From the NCBI GenBank assembly GCA_964234715.1, contig OZ174286.1: 64,000 bases of DNA. One strand, written 5' to 3'. Shown here piece by piece: positions 49,853 through 63,308 of the stretch. The number at the start of each line of letters is the position of its first letter. Position 1 is the stretch's first letter. The translations under genes and the position numbers were made by a program. A model generated the notes under the pieces. It was not told the DNA's origin, did not search any database, and saw only the letters and a program-made list of their open reading frames with translations. The stretch comes from Podarcis melisellensis. Lineage: Eukaryota.

Positions 49853-51802
49853 TACAGGCAACTCTCCGTTTCCATGGGGGCTGTGTTCCAGGTCAACACG
49901 TGTGTCAGTGGAGTGCGCATAAGTCTGCTCCACCCCATTCCATCTGGCCCTCGTCTCATTCCTCCCTCTTCTGGGTTCAAAAGGACCTGCCTGCCGGTGG
50001 TCATGCATCAACAGGACATGCCTAAAATGATATTTCGTTTACTGATATTTTTTCTGTATTACAGCACTATTCAGGTGTTCAGGAGGGCCTGAAGGACTTT
50101 CACACACTGGCCTCATCCTTCCTTCCACCCAACCCATCTCGCGCTGAGCAGGAAGGTCTAAGAGGGTATTGTCAGTATGTTTAGCTGAATGCAGAGTCCT
50201 TGACTATCAGAAGCCTCGATCATGAAGTGTTCCCCCCTTCAGATGTTTCTGCCCAACAGAGGAAAGTCCAGGTTGGAGGGATGGTGTGTGTGACCTCACT
50301 GGCTTTCCACATATACAATTCAAGAGCATCCGAGTAGGAATTAAAATTTAAATGAATTCAGTGAAGCTAAATAGTATCCCAAAGAATGGCGCTACTTAGT
50401 CATATGTAGAGCAATCAATTTAATTCAGCCTTACGAATCGATTATTAGTAATATTCCACAATGCATAAAGAGAAAATATCACCAAGACGTTAAATTGTTA
50501 TTAGACTAAATATGAAAGATGTTTGCAATGTGCTTGAATCAATACAAATAGTGATATATTGAATATGTGACACAATTTATAACGTGGCACACACCAGGTT
50601 AATCAGAAATGTCACTAAGTATGCCAGCTTCTTGTCACAAGAAAAATTACTGACAGTCCTAGCACTGCTTGGGCAATTATTTCACTTCATGTCTGCTGTG
50701 AGGAACAGGTGCAAGTCCAGTTGGCACGACTCATCTGCTGGACATTTAACCACTTTAAGCCCCTGCCTGAGCAGCGTTCAGTTTCCATTCAGCATGGGGT
50801 TGATAATTTGCTTCCACAGCAACACAAACTATGTCTGTGTATACATTACTGGCTAGACCCGTTCATTTTCTCAATTCAGATCAAAGCTGGTTTGCAGAAA
50901 AACACATAAAAACGCAGTATTTTATGGGAAACAACAGGACAGATACTGGATAGACATGGATTGCGGCTAATGTTGTGTGGACCCTGCTTCCCAATGCGGC
51001 AGTGGGAGTTCAGTGGCAGCAGGTTAAATAGGAGTGTACACAACCTTATTACTCAAATGCAAATGAGAAGGAGTAAATTGTTAGCCTGATAGCATGCCGT
51101 ATCTTTAAGCCAATGACAATAGAATTATTTATCTGCATCGGTGCTCATATAACCAAGCATCAATGATTTATTCAAGTACTGGGTAATTGCCTTTGGAATC
51201 TAATGGGCAGAACAGGAAAAGGTCCTTCAGCTGTAGTATTCTCTCCCCTTCTCTAGCCTCTTCCCCTTCCTCTGTTAGACATATCTTAGACTGGTGTTGC
51301 CAACACTCCCATCGGTAGGGTAGTATTTCTAGAACAATACAAAAAAAAATGCTGTACGTTAGCTATTTTAAAGTCAAATAGCATTTTTTTAAAGTTTGGG
51401 CTCAATCTAGTTAGATTACTACATTCCCCATTGTGCACCTGCAGTTATACTCCACTGCTGACAGGGAGAGTGAGGCCACATTTGCACATAATGCTGAACC
51501 ATGGTTTGGTGCTATGTGGATGAGCCTGAACAAGCCTATGCAAAGCACCAGGCTCAGACACTCCATCCACTACTCCTTCCACACAGTTTGGAAGTTTACT
51601 TCCACTTTCACAAAATCCCTGCCTAGCATTACGTTCAAACCAGGGATAGTGTTTTAAAATGAACTGTAACAGAAAAGCTTTGTAACATGCTTACTTCAAA
51701 CCATGAATTATAAATCTGGCTTGTTAAGCTAACCAGTGCTTATTTTTAGCTATGTTCTCTGGTTCATATTGCTAGACTGGGATTCTATGAAAGTGAAATT
51801 AA

Positions 51803-51866
51803 ACTCTGCCAAAGTCCTTCTCCTACTCTGCCAAAGTCCTTCTCCTACTCTGCCAAAGTCCTTCTC
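51803..51866. repeat. 22-bp tandem repeat, ~2.9 copies (actctgccaaagtccttctcct)
   Basis: Perfect units at 51803 and 51825, partial at 51847. Confidence 0.95.
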
Positions 51867-52280
51867 TTGTCTGTGTGCGAGGTCTGAGAAGTGCGGATCT
51901 GCAGTTTAGTGTCATATGCTATAATGGCCAGAGAGTCAACAGAAGGAAATGTCCTCACACAGAGCAGTGAAGAAGGTGCAAAGGAGAAGTGTACTGGTTT
52001 AATTTCAACAGAGCTAAAAAATCAAAATCATGTTGCACCTAAAATGCCAGTATAAAAAGAATCATCTATTGCAATCTAAAAACCTACAATTATGGACTTG
52101 AAAGGGGAACTGTAATTGAATTCTACAATGCAGGTACCACAGAATAAAAGCGAACATCCCTAGCAATGCCCTAGCTAGCTAGACATGAAGCAAAGCCTTT
52201 TCAGAAGATCACAAGAAGCTGGGTATACCTGGGAGAAGATAGTCCTGAATCCATTATTAGCAGTTCAGTTCAGGCTCTCA

Positions 52281-52407
52281 CAGTGGCGTAGCGTGGGGGG
52301 TGCAGGGGGGGCCGGCCGCACCAGGCGCAACATCTGGGGGTTAGGGGGCGCAAATCCACGGGTTAGGGGGCGCAAATTACGTGCTGACAACCCACGCCAC
52401 GCCACTG
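52281..52407. mobile_element. Short hAT MITE
   Basis: TIRs CAGTGGCGT / ACGCCACTG; perfect 8-bp TSD ggctctca; internal duplicate gggttagggggcgcaaat. Confidence 0.88.
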
Positions 52408-52522
52408 GGCTCTCATGCAAGGTGAGCCTCCACTTCCTATTCCAGCATGAGTATACAGAGATGTTGGAAGTGGTGAATCTTCATGGGTGTTAGGCAATGC
52501 TTGACTGGAAAACAGGCTAGTG

Positions 52523-52789
52523 TAGGGTTGCCATGTTTCAAGAAGTAAAAATATGGAGACAAAAAATTGTTGAGTTTTTTTAGAGCCACTGAGCCCAAGC
52601 CGCCCAAGCCAAAGCCCGGGTTGCCCACACCAGAGCCTGAACCAGAACCACTTGTCCGTGCACGCACACACAAAATTTAAACCCAAAATCTAAGATATTA
52701 GCTTTAAAAGGTGAAATTCTCCCCGAATGGGCATGTAGGACCCCCAAAAGAGGACATGTCCGGGAGTTCCCAGATGTATGGCAACCCTA
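52523..52789. mobile_element. hAT MITE (TAGGGTTGCCAT ends)
   Basis: TIRs TAGGGTTGCCAT / ATGGCAACCCTA; perfect 8-bp TSD ggctagtg; related decayed copy at ~39191-39469. Confidence 0.88.
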
Positions 52790-54523
52790 GGCTAGTGCTG
52801 TCCTGAGCTGCAATTAAACTACAATTAAAACACTGCTCCTGGAGCAGTCTTTTTCTGCTAATAATAGATAAAATGTTTTAATGTGAGCACTCCCCTCCTA
52901 CCTAACATTTTGAGAAATTATAAAATAGGGATTCAGCAGATATCATAGAAATTTGTTGCTAGAAACAAATGATTGGATTACTCTTTCGGTTTTATAAAAT
53001 GTTTCTCCCCCTTCCCAGGCAGTCTTATGATGTTTTGGCTTGGTACACCATGCCAAATCTGGAATTTAAACTCATATACTGTAATCTTGAACTACAAAGG
53101 GCTACGATAAAGTGTGTACAGCATATTATGGAAGGAGTTTATAAGAGGGTGACTTAGGTTCAGAAGGGGAAGAAAAATTAAATTGCTGAAATCCTCTTAA
53201 TCCTGTTTTGTAGCATCTGAATACACTATGCCATGCATCTCTGCCACAGGTTTTCTGTTCTCTTGTAGACTAATCCAAATCCTTGAGAATCAGCAAAATA
53301 TTCGTTGGAGCAAATCCTTTTATTGTGAGGATAGAAGAGAATCCTAAGTGACTTAGCATGCTTATCTGTCTAATTTATTATGTATTTTAGATTAAGGAGA
53401 AAGATGTACCACTTCATCACAGATTGGTGATGATACAATTGATGCATTTCTGTTTGCTCTGAATATTCCTGCAATTTCTAACTAATTGGTTAATGAACCA
53501 TGATTATTATTAATGCTGCTTTTTATGTGCTCAGTTCTCACAACTTTAAATAAATGAATAGAACAAACATTACATACAAAACTATGGTTTGGATATACAG
53601 ATGTTCCATCTGTTGGAAGCTCCTCCAGAATAGGGCTGGGGAGCATATGGTCCTCCAGATGTTGCTGAACAACAACTCCCACCATTGGTCACGTAGGCTA
53701 GTGCTGAAGTGAGTTGGAGTACAACAACATCTGGGTGGCCAGACATTCCCTACCCCTGCAAAATATGGATGGTATGGTTAGTATGGTAGCAAATTATAAA
53801 AATGCAGCTCACAAATTATTAGATTTATTCAACTGAGACCAAAGAAAATAGTGAATAATCATAATCAAAGTCAGCTCGCCTTCTAAATACTGTAGTAGCA
53901 TTGCATGCATAATTTGTTTTTTTAAAGAAACAACACAAAGCGTAGACATTTCTATGGACTGATGAATATCAATATGAGAAGGCCACAGGGCTTCCAGATT
54001 AACCAATCATCCTGCATTCCAATTCCAGTTCTGCTCCGCAACTATAACTAAAAGCTGAGTGAGAGGGAGAATAGAAGCAGCTGGAAATTGAGAATGGAGA
54101 AACTGAGACAAAAGGGCACCTGTCCGTTCATTCACCAGCCAGCACCATCCTGCTCACTTGCTCCAGGCAGTCTCTTGGCTTTGAAAGCTCTGCCCCTGTC
54201 AACATACGTATCTGAAGCATTTTGTTGCAGTGTCCCATCTGAATAGACTAATAGCGAATTCAATTCTCCAACTTGGGACAACCCTGAGATTTCAAAAGCA
54301 CTTTTTAATATAGAAAAACTGCTAACTCCACAAAACCACCCAATAAAAACTGAGCATGCCCAGCTGGCACAAAATGCTGACTATTTTGGGTTGGGTGGAG
54401 AATGGAAAATTAAGAATGAAAATTGCATTTTCTCAACAATAGCAATCCATGCTTTGTTGTCAAGTGGAAGACCTACATGAGGAAGCCAGCCTCATGCTGA
54501 GACAGTAAACTTTATTCAACTAT

Positions 54524-54647
54524 TTACAGGCAGGTAGCCGTGTTGGTCTGTCGTAGTTGAAACAAAATAAAAAAAATCCTTCCAGTAGCACCTTTGAGAC
54601 CAACTAAGTTTGGTATGAGCTTTCGTGTGCATGCACACTTCTTCAGG
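54524..54647. mobile_element. Penelope-like element terminal remnant with hammerhead core
   Basis: Same family as 18671-18845; 11-bp direct flank tattcaactat at 54513-54523 and 54648-54658. Confidence 0.7.
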
Positions 54648-56232
54648 TATTCAACTATGTGTGTGAGCCACCTTAAAGACCTAAATAGTGGAAATGCAAG
54701 CTATAAATCTATTAAATACGCAAAAACAAAACCAAACCTGGACACCTATTACAAAAATAGTTTCAGTTCACATAATTAAATAAGAATTTAAAATTACTAG
54801 TTAAACACAATTTGCTCTAACCAAAAACATATGGAAAGCCAGAGTCTACACCATCTGTGTTTTCCATATAGGAGCCAATTATAAACAAGCAAATGTATGC
54901 AAGTACTGCAACAGTTGCTGCAATCTCCAAGCAGTACATACCAATCACTCCGTACATATTAGATGACTGAAAAAGTCCAGACTTGATTTAAGACCTTGAT
55001 TCCATTCAGTGATTTAAAGAATAAATCTATTAACTACTGTAAGAGACCAACAGACTCAAAGGAACAGTTTTTGAATATGAATAATGGCCTTATCTTAGGG
55101 GGGAAATGAAGAACATTCAAGAAAATTGAAAAGGAACAATGCCTTGATATATTTTAATGCTTTCAGTGGCTCCTCCACATCCATTCCCTAACTAAGACCA
55201 GACACATTTTAAGAACGGAAGTGGCAGAAATGGGTTTGGGTGGAAAAAAGGCAACAGCTACAGATAGCAACATGAGGATTCCGCAGCCCTTTTCAGCAAA
55301 CTCCTGCTGCTCTTAGTGCCTCAGTTGTTTCTTGATTTTTTAAAAAGAGGAATAATAAAAAATGAAAGCTACTGCTGGTCAACAGCCTGAAAGTGCCAAC
55401 GGCCTTCTTAGTCTTCTAGACATTTCAAGTTTCTTTGGTTTCTCTGAGGGTTTATACTCCTATAAAACCGGAAACACCTGTTTATCCCTACTGCACAGTG
55501 TACAGCACATTCCCAAAACGGAGTTTTGGCCTTTTGAAAAGGAGACTAATAGTGTCAAAATTGGCCCAACCTTTGGAATCAGCCAGTAAACTAGTGATGG
55601 CTGTCCTGTGGCCTTCCAGTTGTTGCTGGGTTGCAATCCCCATCACCCCCAACTATGACAACAGCAGATGTGAATTGGATTCCAACAACATCTGGTGAGC
55701 CACAGTTTAGCCAATTCTGCAGTAAGACTTACATGAACAGTCAACTCCTACTTTTACCAAAGATGTGCTATAAGAATAACTCTTTACATTATAATTTAAG
55801 AATTTCTTAATTTCATGTCAAAAGGTGTAGATGCAGAAACTCAGGGACATTATGACATGACACGTATGTGTTAAGCATTTATTAGGGAATTTAAGAAAGC
55901 TGCTCTAGGAGCCCTTTGGGGTCAATACTAGGTAAAAATTGCTGAAACAAATAAATAAGGACCTTAGTTTTCTGATTTAATATAATACATCAATGCTATG
56001 CACATTTGACTCGTAAGTAATTTCTGCTGCATTTAATCTTGCTTAACTCATAGTAAGTGAAGTATTGCAATCAGTCTTGTTACAGGAGAAATCACTATGC
56101 TTTCTTTGGGTTTGATTTTTGAAAAGGGGGAAAGCAAATGGTGCCATGTGCACAAATGAAATCCAATTATTCCAGCAAATAATGCCATAATAAGGTGTGT
56201 GGATGTCTTTCAAGCTTGCTATTAGGGAGATA

Positions 56233-56420
56233 CAGTGGTACCTCCAGTTGCGAACAGGATCCGTTCCAGAGGTCCAGCCGTATCCCGAAGTTTTCGCAAC
56301 CGGAAGACCGCTTCTGCACATGTGCACATGGCCAAAACCCGGAAATATACTTCCTGGTTTGCTCTTTATGCTTCCCGAAGTTTACGTAACCGGAGGGATA
56401 CGTAGGCTGAGGTACAACTG
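56233..56420. mobile_element. Tigger/mariner-like MITE
   Basis: TA|CAGTGGTACCTC ... GAGGTACAACTG|TA. Confidence 0.82.
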
Positions 56421-57620
56421 TACTTTTATCAGGTCAACCAAAGCAGCACAAAAATTTGGTTGACAGCTGATGTTGAAGCTATGAAGTTTGCATCTGGTTA
56501 CAGTCTTGAGATGGGATGGAAGAGGAGGTTCTTTAGGTGTTCGGCAAATATCAGACTGCATGGAGGTTTCCTGGGAATAAGAAGCATGACAATCTCTGAA
56601 GGCATGTGTTGGCCTAATAAAGGTATTGTCCCAGTACAGATTTTGATTCTTTTCTTGTAACACAGCTCACTTTAACTTTTGTGTAGATGTCCTATTTGCC
56701 TACATTTTCACCCAACCTAAGAATGAAATTGTTAATACTGACACTATGTGATACAGATTTAACCTTAAACATAATGATGACAAAGTGTAATTTCTCCTAA
56801 ATTCATTAAATGATCCCAATGTTTTAATTTGCACAGAAAAAAACCTTTATTTACAGGCATAATTAGTAGAAAGAATATCTTGGTGATGACATCTAAATTA
56901 GAATTTACATTGTACTGTTTTGTTTTATATTAGTACCAACATATTTTAATACTGTATACTTTGTTGTTGCTCCTATGCATAAGATTAGTTCAAGACATTT
57001 AACTATTTTTGATGTAGTTACTAGGATAGAAATTACAAAGAAAAAGCAAGGTTAATTTTGTTTAAACAGTAATATGAAATAAAATCAGAAAGATAAGAAT
57101 AATTTCTTTGGCTGACCTGTGTATACTAACTCATTTATTTAAAGCATTTATAGCCCGTATTAGTATAAAATATTGAAGGAAGGAGGATTTGACAAAACAA
57201 CTCCCACTGAAGTAGAAATCTCTGTGTCTAAATGTGGGTTTTACTAATAAACCAACACAGGATTACTAGTCTCTTCCAATCTATGAGCACTAAAAAGAAA
57301 TTACTGTAGAAGAGGATAGCTTAAGTGATTGGAAATAGGATATAGAGCTTTTCAGCTCTAGGTCACAGGTTTGTGTAAGCCACTGAAGATATGTCTTCAG
57401 ACACATTCTTCATTCCTGGGATTCATCCAGTGGGGAGATGTGTGTAAGGTACAATTTCTATGATCCAAAAATATTTTTTCACTACTGCATTTGCCATGGC
57501 AGAAGAAGGAACCTAGAAGTGTATAGAATTGCTCAACTACAATGTAATTCTATGACCTCTTACTTGGAAGTAAACCTTACTGAACACACCATGGGGCTCG
57601 TCTTAATCTGCACACGCTTA

Positions 57621-57983
57621 AAGGTAAAGGTAAAGGTACCCCTGCCCGTACGGGCCAGTCTTGACAGACTCTGGGGTTGTGCGCCCATCTCACTTAAGAG
57701 GCCAGGGGCCAGCGCTGTCTGGAGACACGTCCGGGTCACATGGCCAGTGTGACATCGCTGCTCTGGTGAGCCAGAGCTGCACACGGAAACGCCGTTTACC
57801 TTCCCGCTGGTAAGCGGTCCCTATTTCTCTACTTGCACCCGGAGCTGCTTTCGAACTGCTAGGTTGGCAGGCGCTGGGACCGAGCAGCGGGAGCGCACCC
57901 CGCAGCAGGGATTCGAACCGCCAACCTTTCAATCAGCAAGTCCTAGGTGCTGAGGCTTTAACCCACAGCGCCACCTGTGTCCC
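57621..57983 (-). mobile_element. Sauria SINE, full length (363 bp)
   Basis: Reverse complement of the same family as 8990-9352; 13-bp TSD ctgcacacgctta. Confidence 0.93.
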
Positions 57984-58422
57984 CTGCACACGCTTACACC
58001 TTCACTAATACTGACCTTCACGTACAGAACAAACCATGCCTGCAAAACCTCTTTTTTTCTTTTTAGCATTATGAGAAAAAGCCTGGACTCCACTCAGACT
58101 CTCACAGTTCTCGCTCCCCTTTCCTTCTCCAGCAGGGCCACAATGAAGTCAAGTCATAAGTTAACACTCCCATTTTAAATTTACTGCAGGTCAATCATGT
58201 AATCTAAGGCCCAAGATGATTAATATTAACTACAGTTAGTGGAAACAATGCAGCTTTTAACTATGGTTTGGAGCTGGCTTCTTTCCACTAACCATAGTTA
58301 AGATTACCCACAGTTTGTCCAGGTTCAGACAGCAGGGCAAGTTTAGGTTAATCAAAAACTGAAGCAAAATAATCTGAACTCATCCTTGCAGCTGTACTGG
58401 TGGGAAGAAAGACTCACACAAG

Positions 58423-58556
58423 NNNNNNNNNNNNNNNNNNNNNNNNNNNNNNNNNNNNNNNNNNNNNNNNNNNNNNNNNNNNNNNNNNNNNNNNNNNNNN
58501 NNNNNNNNNNNNNNNNNNNNNNNNNNNNNNNNNNNNNNNNNNNNNNNNNNNNNNNN
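58423..58556. other. Assembly gap (134 N) in intron 1
   Basis: Run of N. Confidence 1.
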
Positions 58557-61500
58557 CTAGGATTTAGTCCAAACCAGCTCATGGTTTATTACAAAAAAAT
58601 CAAATATTTCTTTTTCCTGCACCTACCAGAAATATGCTTTCTAAGAAAATAAGAAGTTTACAACCAAGAAATTCTTGTATTTCTTTAGTGCACCAAACAA
58701 CAGAGCAAGTGCTGTGATTTCAGCTATTACATCGGCTGTAGTTATTCACTACTACAATTCAGAGACATGCAAGCCCCTTTCTTTGTTCTACAAACAAGAT
58801 TACTATTCACCTCCCCCTCCCCATTGGTATTGTTTGGAGATGTAGACCTCCCTATATGCCATATGCATAATAAGTCCAAACGCTTAATTAAAGCTGCCTA
58901 TTCATTTCTTGGAATGTCACTGCTTCTGCAGAAGACTTGGCAGGGCTTGAATAATAAAGGTAACTGCTGGTGATGGTTTGCCCAGTCAGCAGCTGGTTGT
59001 GCTAGACTCTTAACGCAGTGATCAGTGAAAGGGAGACACACCTATGCATGGGAATGAGGATTAGTACAGGAACAAAGGGGAGGAAGAAGACAGATGATCA
59101 CTGCAGCCTTGCACTTGCCTTTACAGATGGCATGGAACAGAAAATAAGAAAATACATTGATTTGGGAAATGCAAACCAGCTTAATAAATAGTCCATGAAA
59201 TAAATAATCAGCCTGTAAGGAGCAACTGCTGAATTCTAAGGTAGTAAAACTACGAGTGTGTGAATATATATTGGGGGTGGGGGTGGGGGTGGGGATGGAT
59301 TCTGACCATTCTAGAAGTTAGCCAGAGCAGAAGAACAACAACAATAAAAATAACTGATGAGGTCTCTTAATGGTGCAGTAAGGCAAGAATATACACGAGG
59401 CTCTGCCATCAAGTTCATTCTTGCAAATATTCTATGGTTCTCTATTTCTCTGTAACCAAATAGAAAGGGGAAGGACCCACCAACACCATTACACAGACAA
59501 AAGATTGTAGAAATTCTCATGTTCTGCTTGGTTCTGTACAGAGATCACTTAGATCATTGTATCCTGAACACAGCTGAACTGTCCCAAAGTTCCTCATAAT
59601 GCATAGCTCTTTACCAAGTTTGCAATCTGTCAAACGCAGCAACAAACTTTACCGCACACAGATCTGTCAGGGCAGAAGGAAGCCCTGCAGCTCACCTATA
59701 ATCTCTTTCAAGAGTCCACATCACTCCCCAGAAAGGTGGAAGAACACGTGACATCGAGTAATCCTGCTAGATTGACCTTACAATACTGTCTCCTACAGGA
59801 AGAATTTGGAAATCTTGTCTAACCTTTTCTACGTGTGATCCTACATAAGACACACAATGCAAATATGGTTCAGCCAAAGTCTTTAATGCTGCAATCTCAC
59901 ACTCACTCACCTAAGGCAGTGGGGGGCTTACTTCTGAGCAGGTATATATAGGACTGTGTTGTAAGGGGGTGTGTTTTTACACATTTTTTTATACAGCAAT
60001 CATCTGTGATCACAATATATGCTGTCAGGATACTTTATGAAGACAGACCTGCTGCTTCATTAGGCCAGTCAAGAAAGAAAATCTGCCCGAAATTGGACAT
60101 TAGTAACAACTGATTTGATGAAAGAGTAGTATTCCAGATTTAGTTGGTGGCCCTTATGGAAAAACTTACTTGTCAATTTGGGGGTGCGGTGGAAAGTCCA
60201 AGGAGGGAAAAAAAGTGGCTGGGGAAACTCAGCCAGATGGGTTTTTAATTAATAATTATTAATTATTATTTCATGTGAAATGATTTTGTTGTTTTTGTCC
60301 AAGAGCACGATTGGCTTCCTCCAACAACTCATGGGGCTTTATGGAGAGACATTATAGGTTAATTTCCCCCTTCTCTTTATGCTTGGCTAGCTGATTACTT
60401 ATTATGATGGTTCCCCAATTGCTTCGTGTTGTGTTTATATGTTCATGTGTTATGGCTTGTATATTTGCGGGAGATCTTTTGTGGTCTACTTGTTTTGTTC
60501 TAAACATGCATAGCCACTTTAAGGAGCTTTGTATGCATTCATTCAAATGAGTGGCAAGATGCGTTGAAGCCCCTATGATGACTTCTTGTAAGAAGCTAGT
60601 AAATGATCACAAGAATGTGCTGCTTGCCACATTATATATGACAGGTGTGGGTAGGAGACTGAGAAGCAAGCTTCTATCTTTGCTGTACTTTTGGGAAACA
60701 AGGTGGAGCAAAAGGAGAAACTGGGTGCTTGCTATCCACCTCTCCTCCAGTGTTGATGCCAAGAAAGGAAGAATCTAGAAGGGACAAAGGATAAGTCAAG
60801 ACAGGCTTTATCTAAGCCTCCCTGCCAGAGCTGGAAGAGTTCTGGAGCAGCCTTCCTCAACTTGCTGTCCTTCAGATATAGTTGGGGGCCAGCCCCAGCC
60901 AATGGCTAATGATCAGGGATGATGGGAGATGTAGTCCAAAACAACAGGAGGGCATTAGGGCTACCACAATCTTCTCACCCATTTGCCTCTCTATTCTCCT
61001 CCAGAAAATGAAAATATAGCATGCAGAATACAGAAAATAATATTTTGGGGAACTTCTCTATCAGCTTCTTCCTCCAACCTGAATTTAAATAAAAAGCTTG
61101 CCAGACTTTCGAAACAGGATAGCGATTTGATGTGTAAGTTAAACACAAGTAAAAGATCAGGCGAGGAGAGGAATCCTGATCAATAGTTCCAAGGAGGTTT
61201 GCTTGTTGCAGACCCTATCCCTTTGTATCTACTGATTTGGGGAGGGGGGAGTATTTTAAATTAGTTGATTTTAAATTATTTTATTGCTGCTTAATCTCTT
61301 GGTTTAGTGTATTTTACCTAGATATTTATGATTTGTTTTCAACTTTTTGTAGTCCATTTTGAAAGTTTTGGCTGAAGAGCAATTAATTCATTTCTTAGAT
61401 TAATAAACAAATATGTTCTTTATACTCAGAGGTGTCAAATGGAGTTTCATGTTCACCATTGATGGGATCTCTAGATTATGTACTCTATATCAAAACTACT

Positions 61501-63061
61501 GCAAATGTTAACATTATCCAAATCTATTTTCTTTCCAAATTCTGTTACTTGGGATAAATTGTTCACTTTGGCCTTTCACAGATTAAGAGCTGGCCTTTCA
61601 CGGATTAATTGGTAGCCTGATTTACAGCGTGACAGACTAGCTCTATTGTGCTGCATTATTTATAAGCATGGTGTGAAGGCAATTTGAGTTGCTTATCTGT
61701 TTAATGCAAATTAGTTACCCATTAGCACCAAAAAATCCTATCTATCATGGTGCTAAGGATACAATAAAAATGACACTTATTCCACTTTTTAATGCACATC
61801 TCCAGATTTTAAGAAGAGGTGAGGTTTAAAATTCAAATTCTCGCAGCCCAAGCTCATTAACGGAACTTCGGCAAGTCATTATGTTTCTAGCCATAACACA
61901 AGCGGTCAGAATAAACCAAACATGCCTCCTCCTTTTTATGTATTTTTACATTATGATAAATAGTGATGTACTTATTGCAAGGATAAAAAATATCTTGTTT
62001 CAGAGCACTATGCAAGTCAAAAACATTATAAAGATCAAACTAGCAAGCACTTTACACATAGAAATGTCCCTTTTCAGCTATAACTAATGAAAGCTGCAGA
62101 AAAAACCCTAAGGGTTGATTATTATTTCAAATGTCACTTATTCGTTGAGTTTATTTATCCCACCACCAAACATGACACAGGCTAGATTCCAACCATCTAC
62201 TGCAGTTGAACCATCAGAGAAATCAGGTGTACAAATGTCAGCTCCACACCACTTCTTTACACGCATGAGGGATAGAGGTAGTGATTGCTGCACAAATGAC
62301 CGATAGCTGGTCTCACATGTGGGGAACATGCATGAAGTCTTAGTTTATCTTCTTAGATTTTGGACTCTACTGCTTTTAGTCTGCAGCGTTTTCAAGTATG
62401 CGTGCGTCTTTCTTTATTGTACTTCTGATTTAATATCACTAGGCCTCCGGAATATGCATTCGAAAAGCGAGATCTAAACACCTGAGGCAATTAATTCAAG
62501 CCAAGCCAAGTCTGGGACGTCCCTTCCTCCCCTTGGACCAGCTGATCCGGCACGAGAAGAGCCACACACAGCCCTTCCTCGTTGGCACCTGTGGCATTTT
62601 CCAGGCATGTGGCCGCTTCTGTCCAGCAACAGCTGTCACGAGCCAATCGCATTACTACACATACAAATAGGAAGGAGGCTCCTCCGAGCTGGGTCCTACA
62701 TTTTCAAGAAGGGGAGGGTGGGTTAAAAAATAAAGATAAAAAAGCAAGAGCAAACCCGCGGCGATCGACGCCGCGCAGGGCGCGCGCACATACACAAAGA
62801 GAAGCGGCAAACAAAGAAAAACGCAGCTCGGGAAGGATGCCAGGGCCCGCCTGGGAGGCGCACGATTCTCCCCCGGAGGAGCTTTAATATTCCGCTCAGT
62901 CCGCAACGGATGACAGCCAGCAGAGGGGCGGGCCCGGCAAAGCTTCACCTCCTCTCACCCATTAAATCCAGCCCGGAGGCGGCCACGCATTTCCCCCGAC
63001 GGCAGCCCCCCGGGGTCGGACTTGGCCCGCTCCTGCCCAGCGCCTTCCCGCCCCTTCTCAC

Positions 63062-63109
63062 CTTCGCTTTGCCGGCCTCCAGCTTCTTCTGCCTCTCCTC
63101 GTCCTCCAT
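63062..63109 (-). CDS. AKAP9: AKAP9 coding exon 1 (MEDEERQKKLEAGKAK)
   Basis: ATG in GCCATGG context; 16 codons matching the recalled AKAP9 N-terminus; donor AAG|GTGAGA; inside CpG island. Confidence 0.97.
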
Positions 63110-63257
63110 GGCCCCTGCGCGGAGAGACAACAGCGTTACTGCGCGCCAGGCGGAAAGGCGAAGGGGGCCGCTCGCCCCCCAGGCGCCCAAAGGGGACGGC
63201 TCCCCTCTGCGGCTCCTCCTGCCCGGTTCCTCTGGCACCCGGGACGCGCTCAGGGCG

Positions 63258-63308
63258 CTACGGCGACCGGGGACTCCGTGGCGGATCCACCGGCGCCGCC
63301 ATCTTCAT
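63258..63308 (-). other. Upstream ORF (MKMAAPVDPPRSPRSP*) in AKAP9 5' leader
   Basis: Two in-frame ATGs, the second in strong AAGATGG context; stop ends 148 nt before the main ATG; TSS position is inferred. Confidence 0.5.

Noticed and set aside
51803-51866. CRISPR-like array
   Set aside because: Head-to-tail repeats without spacers in a vertebrate intron
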